Positions 62,443-64,000 of a stretch of DNA of 64,000 nt are shown one piece after another (the first letter of the stretch is position 1; each line of letters begins with the position of its first letter). The position numbers were made by a program, and so were the translations under genes. A model generated the notes under the pieces. It did not search any database. It saw only the letters and a list, made by a program, of their open reading frames with translations, and had not been told where the DNA came from. This stretch comes from a bacterium (GTDB taxonomy: Bacteria > UBA8248): NCBI GenBank assembly GCA_965219955.1, contig OZ244799.1, positions 224,001 to 288,000 on the forward strand, given 5' to 3'.

Positions 62443-63786
62443 GGGTATGTCCGATTATCTGTGTAAGCCACGGTCTCGGGTCTTTGGGCTTTCCTGGCTC
62501 AGCTAGCTGAGCCAGGAAAGCGATCCTCGAACAGAATGGCAAATTGCCCCTTCGCGGCGGTCCAGTCAACTGGGCGGCGCCAACGGACTCCGGCGTTGCG
62601 TATCGCCAGGAACAGCAACTTCGTCGCCGCCTCGTCGCTGGGAAAGCTTCCCCGGGTCTTGATGATCTTGCGCAACGACCGATGCAGGCTCTCCAGGGCG
62701 TTGGTCGTATAGATCATCTTCCGGATGGCCGGCGGGAAGGCGAACATCGGCGCCACATGCTCCCAGGCGCGACGCCAGGCGGGAGCCACCGCCGGGTAGC
62801 GCTCCCCCCAGCGGGCTTCGAACTCATCGAGCCTGGCCGCCGCGGCTTCGAGCGTCTCGGCCCGGTAGACCGCCTTGAGATCGGGCATGACCTTCCGGCG
62901 GTCCTTCCAGGCGACGAACGACATCGAATTGCGTATCAGATGGACGATGCAGGTCTGGACCGCGGTGCGCGGGAATACCGTGCCGATGGCGTCGGGAAAG
63001 CCTGCGAGCCCGTCCACCACCGCGACCAGAATGTCCTGCAGGCCCCGGGCCTGGAGCTCGTTCATCACCTTGAGCCAGAACTTCGCCCCCTCGGTCTGCT
63101 CGATCCAAAGCCCCAGCACCTCCTTGTCGCCCTCGGAGGTAATCGCCAGGGCGAGGTAGACCGCCTTGTTCCGAACCAGGCCCTCGTCGCGGATCTTCAC
63201 CCGCAGCGCGTCGAAGAACACGACCGGATAAACAGGGTCCAGGGGCCGGTTCTGCCACTCCCGCACCTCCTCTAGCACGGCGTCGGTCACCCGGCTGATC
63301 AGGTCCGGCGATACCGATACCCCGTACAACTCCTCGAGGTGGCCCCGGATCTCGCGCACGCTCATCCCGCGCGCGTACAGCGACACGATGCGCTCGTCGA
63401 AACCCTCGAGGCGCCGCTCCCCCTTGGGCACGATCGCCGGCTCGAACGTCCCGTTGCGGTCCCGGGGAACCGCCAGGTCCAACTCGCCATCATCGCTCAG
63501 AACCGTCTTGCCGGAATGCCCGTTGCGGCTGTTGCCACTACCTCGTCCGGCTGGGTCTCCCTTCTCGTAGCCGAGGTGCTCGCTCAACTCCGCGCCCAGC
63601 GCGCGCTCCACAAGAGCCTCCTTGAGCTGCTTGAACAGCCCGTCCTCGCCCAACAGGTCTTCCGGCTTCTCGTAGCCGGACAGCAACTCGTCCAATAGCT
63701 CAGGTCTCAGTCTCGTCATCAAAGGTCCTCCTCCTGGTGAAGTGTGAACCCTCGACCCTTACTTACACAAGACTTCGGACACTCTC
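62443..63786 (-). mobile_element. IS256-family insertion sequence, intact (1344 bp)
   Basis: IRs GGGTATGTCCGATTATCTGTGTAAG / CTTACACAAGACTTCGGACACTCTC; 8-bp TSD CCCCCTCC (62435-62442 and 63787-63794). Confidence 0.92.
62499..63719 (-). CDS. IS256-family transposase (distinct subtype)
   Basis: NSRNG, VPRDRNGTFEP, FFDAL, QTCIVHLIR, IYTTNALES. Confidence 0.96.
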   Translation of the reverse strand: MTRLRPELLDELLSGYEKPEDLLGEDGLFKQLKEALVERALGAELSEHLGYEKGDPAGRGSGNSRNGHSGKTVLSDDGELDLAVPRDRNGTFEPAIVPKGERRLEGFDERIVSLYARGMSVREIRGHLEELYGVSVSPDLISRVTDAVLEEVREWQNRPLDPVYPVVFFDALRVKIRDEGLVRNKAVYLALAITSEGDKEVLGLWIEQTEGAKFWLKVMNELQARGLQDILVAVVDGLAGFPDAIGTVFPRTAVQTCIVHLIRNSMSFVAWKDRRKVMPDLKAVYRAETLEAAAARLDEFEARWGERYPAVAPAWRRAWEHVAPMFAFPPAIRKMIYTTNALESLHRSLRKIIKTRGSFPSDEAATKLLFLAIRNAGVRWRRPVDWTAAKGQFAILFEDRFPGSAS

Positions 63787-63871
63787 CCCCCTCCTCGGGC
63801 GGTTCCATTCACCGAATCACGAAATCGGGTTTTCCAACAATTCCGGATGGGCGTGGTCCCAAGCCTTTCCG

Positions 63872-63900
63872 TTGACAACCCCTCACCCCGTCTCTAATAT
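63872..63900 (+). promoter_or_regulatory. Sigma70-like promoter for a gene at or beyond the window end
   Basis: TTGACA-17 bp-TAATAT. Confidence 0.55.
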
Positions 63901-64000
63901 CGGAAGCGCTCAAAACCCACGACATATCCCATGAGAAACCCGGATGCGGGCAAGTCGTATCGCCGGTTTTGGCCTGATTCAGAAGACGCGCTTCACCCAG

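Noticed and set aside
63931-64000. Possible CDS start at the window end
   Set aside because: Only 23 codons are visible, too few to support a call.

Overview
GC-rich bacterial chromosomal window. The lineage cannot be fixed from sequence alone; gene order suggests a deltaproteobacteria/Nitrospinota-like organism (inference). 1-13.8 kb holds housekeeping and transport genes: SSS symporter, EamA, PmtA-like methyltransferase, enoyl-CoA hydratase, Ca/Na antiporter, PPIase, dcd, moaC and PIN/TRAM-ispD-ispF-cysS-rlmB. 13.9-47.9 kb is the complete transcription/translation super-cluster: 5 tRNAs, two tuf copies, secE-nusG-rplKAJL-rpoBC, and the str, S10, spc and alpha operons. 47.9-60.7 kb is metabolic, including a Na+-pumping methylmalonyl-CoA-decarboxylase-type operon linked to a family III CoA transferase. 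60.7-64 kb carries two intact IS256 elements nested in small repeats. Most notable observations: (1) an OsmC/Ohr-family gene split by the ORF caller whose first catalytic Cys codon is an in-frame UGA followed by a SECIS-like hairpin, probably a selenoprotein; (2) a control region upstream of dcd combining an 11-bp-phased DnaA-box array, tandem NrdR boxes 42 bp apart and a three-hairpin G-U-containing RNA leader; (3) a layered set of non-autonomous repeats (GTAG REPs, TIR-bounded MITEs carrying REP cargo that insert into another palindrome family, and IS256 on top).
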